Shown here: in pieces, positions 15,701 to 23,833 of the stretch
Position numbering within the stretch: the first letter of the stretch is position 1
Layout of the letters: each line of letters opens with the position of its first letter
IMG/VR virus record: IMGVR_UViG_3300048611_000053
Span: 1 to 28,608 of that record
Source: a virus
Taxonomy: Duplodnaviria; Caudoviricetes
Strand: one strand, 5' to 3'
Length of the DNA: 28,608 bases
Notes under the pieces: model-generated
Database searches by the model: none
Told to the model about the DNA's origin: nothing
What the model saw: the letters and a program-made list of their open reading frames with translations, nothing else
Position numbers and translations under genes: made by a program

Positions 15701-15748
15701 CGCACCGATGATGATGCCGCCGACGATACTCTTGACGACGTCACCCAT
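12743..15748 (-). CDS. Tail tip / host-specificity protein (gpJ-like) with two tandem CBM-like domains
   Basis: APRKICYG, HRLRGLPY, IRGRKVYD and WSRNPILC motifs. The MGDVVK start overlaps the upstream TGA. Confidence 0.85.
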   Translation of the reverse strand: MGDVVKSIVGGIIIGAVAFFTGGAGLGLLGTTTLLGSVAAGGVLGAAGGLLGVLTHPKIPNLSDEFGRELQLNGDPVAPRKICYGEARTAGTLRFHRAKGENNKDLYLVIVLVGHEIDSVQEAEFDGDTLTLDGSGNVTSPSKWAGLINVRYKLGTDDQTADSTLVAEFPGVWTTDHRLRGLPYAIVKLTFDEEELNALPQMRFRIRGRKVYDWRKDSTVAGGSGAHRIDNPATWEWSRNPILCAADFERGVKVNNRAIAGMRVAHARFDPANAIAEANVCDEDVTLAVGGTQNRYEVDGFLDPRQEQGQNLRHFEAAIAGDITFADGRWRFFAGAFRAPTLHLEDKHFIGPLTHVVHKGKSARVDAVQGIFASASDSGEVFDYPPVRLASSVAGEEDWFNMDFALVSDNARAQRCAKLLLEREAAGKRINCTTSLYGYRAVPGETINITHAAFGLSTQAMRVIDVELAMVQAGEGKMGLACNLVLEAGPSSLYAWDSEETELAAAPAIPQAQVPFFVLAFNDLVSNLINPSFETGTLDGWTQITGADWIVNSTDPHAGIFNADKPDSGAGRLRNNSSLQVTQGDRILAQGFVQTIGSGSATVRIRLNFTDSSGTFVDSAFGNSVTGLDYELSRVLKVAPAGAAEVHFEFELLNVSGRGGRFDGAYMTIVPKDIDIDVLQTTNAPAEPGADVTAPRILGNGLINPGLETGGLSGWTILEGSWSVSDSLPRSGTYHLLSNSDAAAHRIRNDSRFQVTEGDRLIAMAFVRRSGSAGAEARKVRARITWRDDAGSLLSTSEGNEISTTSYDLSRVVVAAPANAALADFEVVSSSHVGNNQTALADGCYMQIIPRGSDIILDDASGTVHTIQIDDEAVTTIASVEDDSVSMSGPGVILSLDIAAQNLDYTLVVTASLNVWVINPGAGTSEFYLRVLGNAVNLGESQRVRVSSTAAPGERIMLQVEVQITPDDEVNLSAFVNWERDSGSTTGEARSIQIRGESVKR
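13199..14170 (-). repeat. Tandem ~145-aa domain duplication (13736-14170 and 13199-13651)
   Basis: Paired motifs LINPSFETG/LINPGLETG, QVTQGDR/QVTEGDR, YELSRV/YDLSRV, DGAYMTIVP/DGCYMQIIP. Confidence 0.85.
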
Positions 15749-16143
15749 CAGCGCACCCGGAAGGCCCAGCGCTGCTCGAGCGTGGGCTTCCACACCAGCC
15801 CGCCCTCGCTCGACAGGAACGCCGTCTTCTGCCCGCAGCAGATGCCGGTCGCAAGTTCCGGCTCGGTACGCACGATGACGTCGCCGCGCTGTGCGAATGC
15901 CAGCGGCAGAGGCTTGCCGAAGATGCTCACCAGCCGGCGGTAGAAGGTGCTGCCGCTATCCTTGAGCCTGGCCTTAGCCTCGTCGATCGTGAGCCCGCGG
16001 TAATCTTCAACGTAATCGGTGTCGGTGATCGCCTCGACGCAATCGGCGGCGAACAGCACACAGTAATCGGTCTCCGAGAAACTGCGGGCGCGCGCCTGAT
16101 CGAGCGCCTCCGCAAGACGCTCTGGCCAGTCCGGCAATCTCAT
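15748..16143 (-). CDS. Tail tip assembly protein, NlpC/P60-like (DUF6950 type)
   Basis: RLPDWPERL...CVLFAADCVEAIT...AQRGDV; sits upstream of the tip gene. Confidence 0.8.
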   Translation of the reverse strand: MRLPDWPERLAEALDQARARSFSETDYCVLFAADCVEAITDTDYVEDYRGLTIDEAKARLKDSGSTFYRRLVSIFGKPLPLAFAQRGDVIVRTEPELATGICCGQKTAFLSSEGGLVWKPTLEQRWAFRVR

Positions 16144-16751
16144 CGCCGCCGATGCCTGCCGCCACCGCCACCACCGTCGCTGCGTGGCGTAGTAGGTTTT
16201 CGTCCCCAGAACACCGGCTCGCCCATCTTGCTCGCAAACTCCATGCCGCGATCGCCGGGGAACAGATCCTGCTGGTGTGCGTCAGTCAACTGGTACGCCA
16301 GGGATCGCGCCATGCGCGCCAGTTCCGATGCCAGCCGCACCGTAATGGCACCGGTCTCGCCGGCATCCAGGATGCTGATCTCATCGACGAAGCCGGGGAA
16401 TATCTCGTAAGCTTCATCCACCTGGCCAGCGGTATCCATCAGCGCCAGATAGATCGAGGCATCCGCGCCCACCGGATCTGTGGTCACGATCTCGTTGCGC
16501 AGATCGTCGTCCAGGTAGTTCAGCGTCAGCTCGACCCCGATGTCCGACTTGTCGACGGAGTCGGCGACCTTGTCGATCTGGCCAAGCACCCCTGTGCCGA
16601 TCCAGGTCTGCCCATTCCAGGAGATGGAGCCGACCCCGGTCCAGGCGTACAGCGGCGAGCCAGGCCAGTCGACGAACACCAGTAGCGCGAGACTCGGGGA
16701 ATCGGCCGAAAGTGCTGTCTCGAGATCAACCGGAAAGGCGCGCTCAGACAC
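16140..16751 (-). CDS. Minor tail / hub protein (gpL-position)
   Basis: WTGVGSISWNGQTWIGTG and QQDLFPGDRGMEF motifs. Confidence 0.75.
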   Translation of the reverse strand: MSERAFPVDLETALSADSPSLALLVFVDWPGSPLYAWTGVGSISWNGQTWIGTGVLGQIDKVADSVDKSDIGVELTLNYLDDDLRNEIVTTDPVGADASIYLALMDTAGQVDEAYEIFPGFVDEISILDAGETGAITVRLASELARMARSLAYQLTDAHQQDLFPGDRGMEFASKMGEPVFWGRKPTTPRSDGGGGGGRHRRR

Positions 16752-17343
16752 CGCTCAAAACCTCCTGGAAGGCCAGCGTGAACGCTTGCGTGCCAAGCTC
16801 ATCGGTGTCCTCACTCGGTATGGTGAGAAGCTCACACAGCAGCAGTGGAGTCACCAGATCGACCGGATCTGTATGCGCCGGGGATACTCTCAGCGCCGGC
16901 CTGAAGTTGAAAGTGACGACGCCGGTGCCGTTGCTGTTTGCGTTTGCAGTCAGCCGCTTGAATTCGTTGCGCACCTGGAAATAGTCACCCTCCCGCGCTA
17001 CCACGATGTTCGGCGTGAAACCATCGCAAACAAGAGAAATGCCGGACTGTCCTGTTCCAGCTACGGCACCGAGAAACTCGCCGCTCTCTGGGCCGCTGTA
17101 GTCGGGATGCTCGATGGTGAACTGGCCGTACAGACCGACCTTCACCACAAAGTTGAACATGGTCTTGACGTCAGCCGGATACAGTTCCGGTGTGGTGATC
17201 ACGCCTTCCCAGCGATCGGCCGTGCCGGCACCGAGACTGATCACCTGCCGCTGGCGCGTGAAGGGGGACTCGAAGCGTGCCTTGTTCTCGTTCAGGTCGA
17301 GCCGAAAATTCTTGATCCTGATGTCAGGAAACGGCTCACTCAC
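16744..17343 (-). CDS. Distal tail (Dit-position) protein
   Basis: FESPFTRQRQV...W and F.PALR; follows the tape measure gene. Confidence 0.7.
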   Translation of the reverse strand: MSEPFPDIRIKNFRLDLNENKARFESPFTRQRQVISLGAGTADRWEGVITTPELYPADVKTMFNFVVKVGLYGQFTIEHPDYSGPESGEFLGAVAGTGQSGISLVCDGFTPNIVVAREGDYFQVRNEFKRLTANANSNGTGVVTFNFRPALRVSPAHTDPVDLVTPLLLCELLTIPSEDTDELGTQAFTLAFQEVLSGV

Positions 17344-19160
17344 CTGCGCCCCCCAAGCTCTTTAGCGACCGCCTCACGCGCAGCGACCGCCGCGATCTTC
17401 GTCGCCACGGCCATCTGCGCCTGCCATTGCGGCGGCAGTCCGGCCTGAGTATTGTTCTGCTGGTTGATCACGACGCCGCCTTCCGACATACGCTTGAGCT
17501 GCAAAGCGTTGAAGATGCGGCCGGGTACGTCGGGGACGAACAGTTCCATCCCTTCCTCGCCGACGATCGAGGGCCGGCCCATGGGTGGCCTCCCGCCGCC
17601 TGCAAAGCTCGGAACCGCGGCGGCAGTCCCACCTCCGCCGAACAGGGAACCTAGCCCGCCGCCGAAGATCCCGCCGAGGCTTTCGGCCAGCGGTTTCAGG
17701 ATAACCAGACGCAGAATGAGCTCGGCGATATCCTTCGCCATGCCGCGAATCGCCTCTGAGATGTCTCCGGAAAGCAAGGCATCTATGCCGCGAGACTCGA
17801 AGGACGCTGCGAAACTGTTCGCGAATTGCTCGATCGCCGGGTTTGCCTTTTCCAGAGCGTCCTTGATGTCTTCGGCCGCTTTCTGGTTGATGAACTCAAT
17901 GGCCCGCGCCGCTTCGTCCGCAAAGGCAGGCGTTTCCTCGGCGACTCTCTGCCATTCGGCAATCTGCTGATCGGCAGCCATGCGAATGGCTTCGGCCATC
18001 CTGTCTTGGGAACGCAGAGCCTGTTCTTCAAGATCGCGAAGTTTCTCCTGTACCTCCGCAAGCTCCTCGCGGGACGGGAACAGGTTCGGACCTGCAAATA
18101 CAGTCGGGAATCCGCCTTCGCCTGTAGGCCCTGCGATGTCTTTGATCGGGAACTGATCGCCGCTGGTTCCGACGTCAATATCGACAGACGCATCGGACAG
18201 GCGAACCAGCTGCTTATACAGCGCATCAAGCTGCTGCTCGATCTCGGCAAGCTGTTGAGCGCCGGAACCGCCTTGAGGAATAAAGCCCTGTGCCAGCTGA
18301 TCACGGAAAACATTGGCGGTCTTCTCAAGTTTGGCAATCTGTTCTTCAATCTCACTCAGAGACGTAAATACCGATGTAGCGCCGAAGAATTGCGCCATTG
18401 CTGCAGCGGTAGACACGACGGCGCCTTTCAGGGTGACGCCAATGGTCCTAGCCAGTCTGTTGAACGCGTCGTCTATAGCCGCCGCTTTCGCGACTTGTTC
18501 ATCGCTCAATACGCCCTGCGCAGCGTCCTCGTATTCCTTCAGGCCCTTAACGCCAAGGCTCAACGCCTTGACCAACTTCGGGCCTGCATCATCGCCGAAC
18601 AATCCGGAGGCTATAGCAGCCTTTTCTGCCACAGTGCTGACGCCCTCCAAGCGTTGCACGACGGAATCGAACAGCTGCTCTGAAGTACGTGTCTTTCCGC
18701 TGGTGATATCAGTCTCGAGTCCCAGCCGTTTGATTGCGACCGCAGCAGGACCGCCGCCAGTCTGGATAAATACACCCAATCGTCGATTGAGGGATTGCAT
18801 GCTGCGATCGAATTCCCTGGCCTCAACGCCATTCTGTTCAAAGGCAAACTGCAGCCTTTGCAATCGCTCCGCACCGATTCCAGCATTGTTTGCGGCATCG
18901 TCAATGGATGCGCCCAGGGCTACCGCACCCCTGGTGAATTCGATCAGCTCCCTGACGCCGAAGCCTATACCGATGATTGCAAGCGTATTGCGTAACGTTT
19001 TCCCGAGACTTGCGAACCGATTGTCGACGCTGGCAAGTTGCTTATCGACGGACTTCTGGAACTTCTTGACGTCACCCGTTCCTTTGTTCAGTTCCTTGCG
19101 CAGTTCTGTGGTCGAGGAATTGATCAGGACCAACAGCTCTTCTAATTTCTTACTTGCCAT
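17340..19160 (-). CDS. Tape measure protein (~606 aa)
   Basis: Ala-rich helical protein with C-terminal FAGGG...VGEEGMELFVP. SD GGAGGAG before ATG 19160. Confidence 0.9.
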   Translation of the reverse strand: MASKKLEELLVLINSSTTELRKELNKGTGDVKKFQKSVDKQLASVDNRFASLGKTLRNTLAIIGIGFGVRELIEFTRGAVALGASIDDAANNAGIGAERLQRLQFAFEQNGVEAREFDRSMQSLNRRLGVFIQTGGGPAAVAIKRLGLETDITSGKTRTSEQLFDSVVQRLEGVSTVAEKAAIASGLFGDDAGPKLVKALSLGVKGLKEYEDAAQGVLSDEQVAKAAAIDDAFNRLARTIGVTLKGAVVSTAAAMAQFFGATSVFTSLSEIEEQIAKLEKTANVFRDQLAQGFIPQGGSGAQQLAEIEQQLDALYKQLVRLSDASVDIDVGTSGDQFPIKDIAGPTGEGGFPTVFAGPNLFPSREELAEVQEKLRDLEEQALRSQDRMAEAIRMAADQQIAEWQRVAEETPAFADEAARAIEFINQKAAEDIKDALEKANPAIEQFANSFAASFESRGIDALLSGDISEAIRGMAKDIAELILRLVILKPLAESLGGIFGGGLGSLFGGGGTAAAVPSFAGGGRPPMGRPSIVGEEGMELFVPDVPGRIFNALQLKRMSEGGVVINQQNNTQAGLPPQWQAQMAVATKIAAVAAREAVAKELGGRR

Positions 19161-19317
19161 TGATCTCCTCCCAAACCTCAAGGATTGCCATTACTTCATG
19201 TGGAGTTGACGACCAGAACTGACCCGGCTGCCAGTGGAATTGACAGCACATAATTCCCATCAGGCGCCGATAGTTCAGCGCTTCTTCTTTTTGCCGCTTG
19301 CGCTTTCCTTTTTTTTT
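19150..19317 (-). CDS. gpT-like -1 frameshift extension of the tail assembly chaperone
   Basis: GCA AAA AAA AAG slippery run. The -1 frame encodes ...FHWQPGQFWSSTPHEV...NGK*. Confidence 0.8.
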   Translation of the reverse strand, partial: KKKGKRKRQKEEALNYRRLMGIMCCQFHWQPGQFWSSTPHEVMAILEVWEEINGK

Positions 19318-19664
19318 GCCTGGCCACCTCCGGTGATCATATTGATCAGCAACAGTTCGAGCACGTCGACGGTCTTGGCAATGCCGTGCTCATACAGAAG
19401 TTCGCCGATACGATCTTCCTGCACCGACATCAGCATCTTGTCGTCACGATCCTTGCCAGCGGCGCGGATAGTTTCAGTCACGATAGTGGCCAGCTCGTCC
19501 ATGCGAAGCCGATGTACCGGACTGGCCAGACGAGTCACTAAGGACAGAATCGGTCCGTGACGCTGTTCAATTGCCTGAATGGCCTCATAAGAGGGCCGCA
19601 TCGGATAGACCTTTCCGTCAAGCAGGATCGGTACTTCTCCGCGCTCTTTGTTGACGTCAGACAT
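19275..19664 (-). CDS. Tail assembly chaperone (gpG-like, GTA-gp10 type)
   Basis: RGEVPILLDGKVYPMRPSYEAI; lies between the tube and tape measure genes. Confidence 0.8.
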   Translation of the reverse strand: MSDVNKERGEVPILLDGKVYPMRPSYEAIQAIEQRHGPILSLVTRLASPVHRLRMDELATIVTETIRAAGKDRDDKMLMSVQEDRIGELLYEHGIAKTVDVLELLLINMITGGGQAKKKESASGKKKKR

Positions 19665-20099
19665 TTACGCCGGGTCCAGCAAATCTACGTTCGGCACATC
19701 AGCACAGGTGATCTGGAACGAATAGGTCGAGTTGTCCTGATCAGGATCATCCTGCGACCAGTTCGAGACGTACATTTCACCCTCGAACACAACATCTCCA
19801 GAGGCCCACGGATCGACGCGAATCTCGAAACTTTCGGATACCTGCGGATAGACTTTCTGAATGGCATACACCCGCTCGATACCGTTCGCATCAGGTACCT
19901 CAAGCTTGCCCGTGCAGGTGATGGTCAGCGTTTTGCGGCCGGGCGCCTGAATCGCTATCTGCCCGGTGGTCTTGCTCGACTGGTCAATCAGTGCGGTACT
20001 GCCGTCTCGAGTCAAGCCTGTCTGCCCGGCGATCTCCGTTTTCGTACCGGAGCCGTTGTCGACAAACAGCTTGTATTCCTGTCCTAATTTCTTCGCCAT
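19665..20099 (-). CDS. Major tail tube protein
   Basis: IDQSSKT...PGRKTLTIT...FEGEMYVS...TYSFQI and gene position. Confidence 0.8.
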   Translation of the reverse strand: MAKKLGQEYKLFVDNGSGTKTEIAGQTGLTRDGSTALIDQSSKTTGQIAIQAPGRKTLTITCTGKLEVPDANGIERVYAIQKVYPQVSESFEIRVDPWASGDVVFEGEMYVSNWSQDDPDQDNSTYSFQITCADVPNVDLLDPA

Positions 20100-20117
20100 G
20101 TCTCAATGCTCCGTCGT

Positions 20118-20534
20118 TTACGTGATGTCGGCCGCAAGAGCAATGCCGCCAACGTGAATCTGCAATGACAGATTGCTGGCCGTAGTCGCAATGCCCAGGA
20201 CCGTGATGAAATCTCCAGTAGCCCCGTCTATGATCGGCGCAATCAGGCCGGCAGCAGAAACGACGTAGGGCATACCCACCGTCAGCGTAGCTCCGAGATT
20301 GATCGAACCGTTTCTCGCGTACTTCAACGGCTGACCGTCGCTGGCGCCGTGCAGTGCTATGCCAACGCAGGCAGATAAAGTGGCGCTGGTATCGACGGCA
20401 GCTTTCAAGTGGCCAAGATCGGCCGCATCCTTGTACAGCGGCATGCCTGCCGTAATGGTCCCGCCTGCCGTGCCGTCGCTGACGTCCCCTGCTGTCTGTA
20501 CAACGCTCGCGGCCGTAATCGTTAAATCAGCCAT
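20118..20534 (-). CDS. Virion decoration / cement-like protein
   Basis: AGGTITAGMPLY...GIALHGASDGQP; Gly/Ala/Thr-rich. Confidence 0.55.
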   Translation of the reverse strand: MADLTITAASVVQTAGDVSDGTAGGTITAGMPLYKDAADLGHLKAAVDTSATLSACVGIALHGASDGQPLKYARNGSINLGATLTVGMPYVVSAAGLIAPIIDGATGDFITVLGIATTASNLSLQIHVGGIALAADIT

Positions 20535-20537
20535 GTC

Positions 20538-20939
20538 TCATTCCTCAAAAGCCAATGCTTGATATTCGAGCGCCAGGTAACCGAACCAGTGCTCACCTTC
20601 ATCGTCGGGTCTGAAATCCAGCCCGGTTGCCGTCAAAATGAATTGCCGTGCTGGTGGAACGTCCCGCAATACCGGCTCGATCTGTTCCGCCCAGCCGTCT
20701 AAATCGTCGTCCAGAGTGTCGGTATCGCCATTGACGATCACCACCACCAGCACGGAAATGTCGCGCGTGATTCCGCCGCGTTTGTCTGTCTGTTGACTGG
20801 TCTCGTCCTCAGTGATGATCACAGCCGCAGGAAGGTCTTTATCCTTCAAGTCCATGACCCTGTTGGTATTGACTGACTTGAAGTCAAGCGTTGATAGCTT
20901 GGTCTTGACCGATTCCCTGATCTTCTGTCGGATGTGCAT
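20538..20939 (-). CDS. Tail terminator-like protein
   Basis: HIRQKIR...LPAAVI...DDDLD; acidic; gene position. Confidence 0.7.
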   Translation of the reverse strand: MHIRQKIRESVKTKLSTLDFKSVNTNRVMDLKDKDLPAAVIITEDETSQQTDKRGGITRDISVLVVVIVNGDTDTLDDDLDGWAEQIEPVLRDVPPARQFILTATGLDFRPDDEGEHWFGYLALEYQALAFEE

Positions 20940-21259
20940 CAGAGTTTCTTCAGAACAACCACGACCATGTTCTCCGTTTCGTCCGGGCGCACGGAGACCA
21001 CCTCGTGTTCGAACTCACCCTGAAACGTCGCCTTTGTCCCCAGATACACCTGGTCGCCTTTTGCGGGCGCGGCAACCGTGTCGGTGGATATCAAGAGCGC
21101 GGGGCGGCTGGAGCCAACCGCAGGGCCGCGGTCGCTTTCGACCTTCTGGTATTCGTTGGTCCGAATACCGTAAATCTCGTGCAGGTCGGAGTGATCGAAG
21201 TACAGAATGGGGTCGCCGGCCGCCTTCAACATTGCAAGGCGGTCGGCTGCCGTCTCCAT
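20939..21259 (-). CDS. Head-tail joining protein (gpFII-like)
   Basis: Size, position and KGD...VVSVRPDET beta pattern. Confidence 0.6.
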   Translation of the reverse strand: METAADRLAMLKAAGDPILYFDHSDLHEIYGIRTNEYQKVESDRGPAVGSSRPALLISTDTVAAPAKGDQVYLGTKATFQGEFEHEVVSVRPDETENMVVVVLKKL

Positions 21260-21260
21260 T

Positions 21261-21647
21261 TTACGTGTTGTACTTCAGGATGCCTATCGCGGTGTAGGAA
21301 ACTACAACCGCGGTACCAACTATGGTACCGACCACCTTGAGCCAGCCAGCGAGTTGCGTAGCTTCGAACACCGCAATCTCCGTGTTTGGATCGTTGGAAG
21401 TCGTGATCACGGTCGGAGCTCCAGATATGGGAACAACCCCAGCCTCACCCGTACCACCGACATCGGTCGCCGTCAGAAAACTATAGGTGATCGAAGTGCC
21501 GACAAGGCCGGTCGCCAGAACAATACCGATCTGGCCTTCGTATCCGTTCAGGTCAATGTAGGCACTGGTCGCAGCGGCCGTATCTGCGGCACTTACCGGA
21601 GCCAGAATCTCGGTCGCCGTCAGTTGCTCAATTGCACAGTTCAACAT
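21261..21647 (-). CDS. Capsid-associated beta-sandwich protein
   Basis: LAPVS...TSAYIDLNGYE; lies downstream of the capsid gene. Confidence 0.6.
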   Translation of the reverse strand: MLNCAIEQLTATEILAPVSAADTAAATSAYIDLNGYEGQIGIVLATGLVGTSITYSFLTATDVGGTGEAGVVPISGAPTVITTSNDPNTEIAVFEATQLAGWLKVVGTIVGTAVVVSYTAIGILKYNT

Positions 21648-21652
21648 CTCGT

Positions 21653-21928
21653 TTACTCCTTCTTTGCCGGTTTCGATTCAGGAGCCTTGCGACCGAGAAC
21701 AGGCTTCGGCAACACGTCTGTCTGAACGGGTTTTGTTTCAGGTTGCACGAACTCCACCTTGTTCACGGTCTTAAGTTCGATTGCCTGCGCTCGATCAAGG
21801 TCAAGAACCGAACCCGGTCCAATAACCTGCCCTTTGTGACGGAATCCGCGCAATGCGCGGACCCGTTGCGATGGTCCTGCCATAGTAATTACTCCGATGA
21901 GTTCAAATGAATTTTCCAGAGTCAGCAC
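21653..21928 (-). CDS. Small hypothetical head-region protein (start GTG 21928 or ATG 21883)
   Basis: VRALRGF...PGSVLDL with a Lys/Pro-rich tail; SD GGAG before 21883. Confidence 0.65.
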   Translation of the reverse strand: MLTLENSFELIGVITMAGPSQRVRALRGFRHKGQVIGPGSVLDLDRAQAIELKTVNKVEFVQPETKPVQTDVLPKPVLGRKAPESKPAKKE

Positions 21929-23833
21929 TTAACTGATGCTGGTCGTAATCGAGAACGCGGCCGGGTAGCGAACGCCAACATCGACCGAATACATTGCCCG
22001 GATACCGATGATTCCGGCACCGAAGTTTGCATACGGATTGGTATCGACTTCCAAAACTCCCCACTCGCCAATAACCATCTTCGACCAGTCGCCGAAGTAC
22101 ATCGTGGCGGAAGCCACCTGGTTACTGGAAAAGGACGGGAAGCCCTGCATCGTGCCGCTCCAGATGTTGCCATTCCATAGCGGCGACGCCGTACTGGTGT
22201 AAGCAACCGTGGCGATCAGGATCGCAGCCACCGCGGGAGTCGTGACGTAACCGCCACTCATCGGCATGACGTTCGCCGTTGCCACATCGGTCTGACTCTC
22301 AAGTACAGCGTCCAGATCGATCGAAGCACCGGATACCGCACCCACGCCGGTCACGTTGTCCAGACCGAGCGGCTGGCCGGTTGCACCGGTTCCGCGAAGT
22401 CCGGCCACGTCGACCGCAAGCGCAGTCACCGCAGCGAGATCGGCATTGACCAGGCCCTCGACGTCGATAGACGATTGCAGCAACAGTTTCCGCGACAGTT
22501 CGGTATAAGCCGATACCGTCTTCGGAGACATGGCCAACTGCACGAAGGCCGGCTGGCTTTCAGCCGCCGAATCAGCCTCACCAGTCAACCATTCCGCCGT
22601 TGCTGCTGCACTCTGGCGCGGGATCGTCATACTGTCGCGAAGCCCGGAAAGGCGAGTCGCACCAGCCCGGAAACAGACCGAGATATTTCGCAACAGCTCA
22701 TCGAAGCCCATTACGCTGGTCTGCACCAGATAACCGCCTGCGCTTGCCGTGCCAGCCGTCAGATCGCGTTGCAGGTGAGGGAACTTACTCATCGTCTGCT
22801 GCGGCACCGACATCGACCGTCGCTGCACCTCGAGCGGCACGTAAAACACACCCGGTGTCTGAGGCTTGTCCGTCTTGCTCGCAATGGTCTCGTGGCACTC
22901 CAACTCAAAACCAGCCTGCCGCCAGTCTTTCGTATGGGCCGCCACGATTGCGCGGCAAAGACTGTACTGCCTTGCTTCGTTGTCGTTGATACCGAGCGCT
23001 GAAATCGACAGCGGCGAGGACTTGCCTCGCTCCTCGAAGATCTTCAGCAGATCGTCTGCAACCCGGTCCAGCGCGTAACCACGGGCAATCCATTCCCGTT
23101 GCGTTTCCTCACCTACACCGTTCATTTTGCAAAGATCGCCAATAGCCTTGCGGCGCTTGGCCTCGTTCTCCGCAGCGAAATTGTCGTCATGCTGCTGCTT
23201 TCCTGCTGCGATTCGCGACAACGTCTTCTCCTCAATTTCCGTACCAGCGGCCTTTTCGTCAGCCGCGACTTTTGCTTCGTCCGACATTTCTGTCTCCTCG
23301 GCGATGACCGCCTTTTGGTTTGAACGCCCTATTCCGACGACTTGATCGCCGCCGGAACCAACCACGGAAGCTTCAATGGGCATCCAACTCAAAGCCTCCA
23401 TAAACTCCTGTCCATCCACTTCAATCCTGCGGGCTCTACTGATCGTTGACGTGATCGACATATCGGTCAGCGTCTCTTCGTCAACCATTGCGCGAACAAG
23501 CGCCGCGTTCGGATTTGCCTCAGAGAACACGAAATCGCCTACGAGGCGCTTTGCCTCTATTCGCAGTTTCTTTATGCGGCCGATGACGTTGTGAATGCCC
23601 TCGATGCCCTTATCGAACATGCCATGATTGGCGACCAGTGGAATGCCCCGCTCGTTAATGCCTTTCAGGTTAATCGCATCGTCTGTATGACGAAGGATTA
23701 CCGGCGGCAAATACGGGAAATCCTTAACCGGTGTCTCACTCGACAGTGATGCCCGATAGACGACCTTCCCGCCGTTAGGTGCCAGTCGTTCAATATTGAA
23801 CGAACGACTGACTGCTGAAAGTTCTTCGCTCAT
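21929..23833 (-). CDS. HK97-type prohead protease fused to scaffold and major capsid protein
   Basis: Protease motifs PLVANH, IGRI, MSI, EASVV. Capsid motifs AGGYLV, PKTVSA, GTGATGQPLG, YFGDWS. Confidence 0.9.
   Translation of the reverse strand: MSEELSAVSRSFNIERLAPNGGKVVYRASLSSETPVKDFPYLPPVILRHTDDAINLKGINERGIPLVANHGMFDKGIEGIHNVIGRIKKLRIEAKRLVGDFVFSEANPNAALVRAMVDEETLTDMSITSTISRARRIEVDGQEFMEALSWMPIEASVVGSGGDQVVGIGRSNQKAVIAEETEMSDEAKVAADEKAAGTEIEEKTLSRIAAGKQQHDDNFAAENEAKRRKAIGDLCKMNGVGEETQREWIARGYALDRVADDLLKIFEERGKSSPLSISALGINDNEARQYSLCRAIVAAHTKDWRQAGFELECHETIASKTDKPQTPGVFYVPLEVQRRSMSVPQQTMSKFPHLQRDLTAGTASAGGYLVQTSVMGFDELLRNISVCFRAGATRLSGLRDSMTIPRQSAAATAEWLTGEADSAAESQPAFVQLAMSPKTVSAYTELSRKLLLQSSIDVEGLVNADLAAVTALAVDVAGLRGTGATGQPLGLDNVTGVGAVSGASIDLDAVLESQTDVATANVMPMSGGYVTTPAVAAILIATVAYTSTASPLWNGNIWSGTMQGFPSFSSNQVASATMYFGDWSKMVIGEWGVLEVDTNPYANFGAGIIGIRAMYSVDVGVRYPAAFSITTSIS

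Noticed and set aside
9711-15748. Diversity-generating retroelement or invertible tail-fiber cassette
   Set aside because: I saw no reverse transcriptase, no adenine-specific TR/VR pair, no invertase and no flanking inverted repeats. The tip duplication is diverged at all base types.
16540-19209. Long + strand ORFs (302, 285 and 298 aa) opposite the tail genes
   Set aside because: Antisense shadows of GC-rich, codon-biased genes, with no recognisable motifs.
21653-21931. Stop-codon readthrough from the capsid into the in-frame downstream ORF (TAA GTG)
   Set aside because: TAA is rarely read through, and the downstream ORF has its own SD and ATG at 21883. A similar abutment occurs at 19664/19665.
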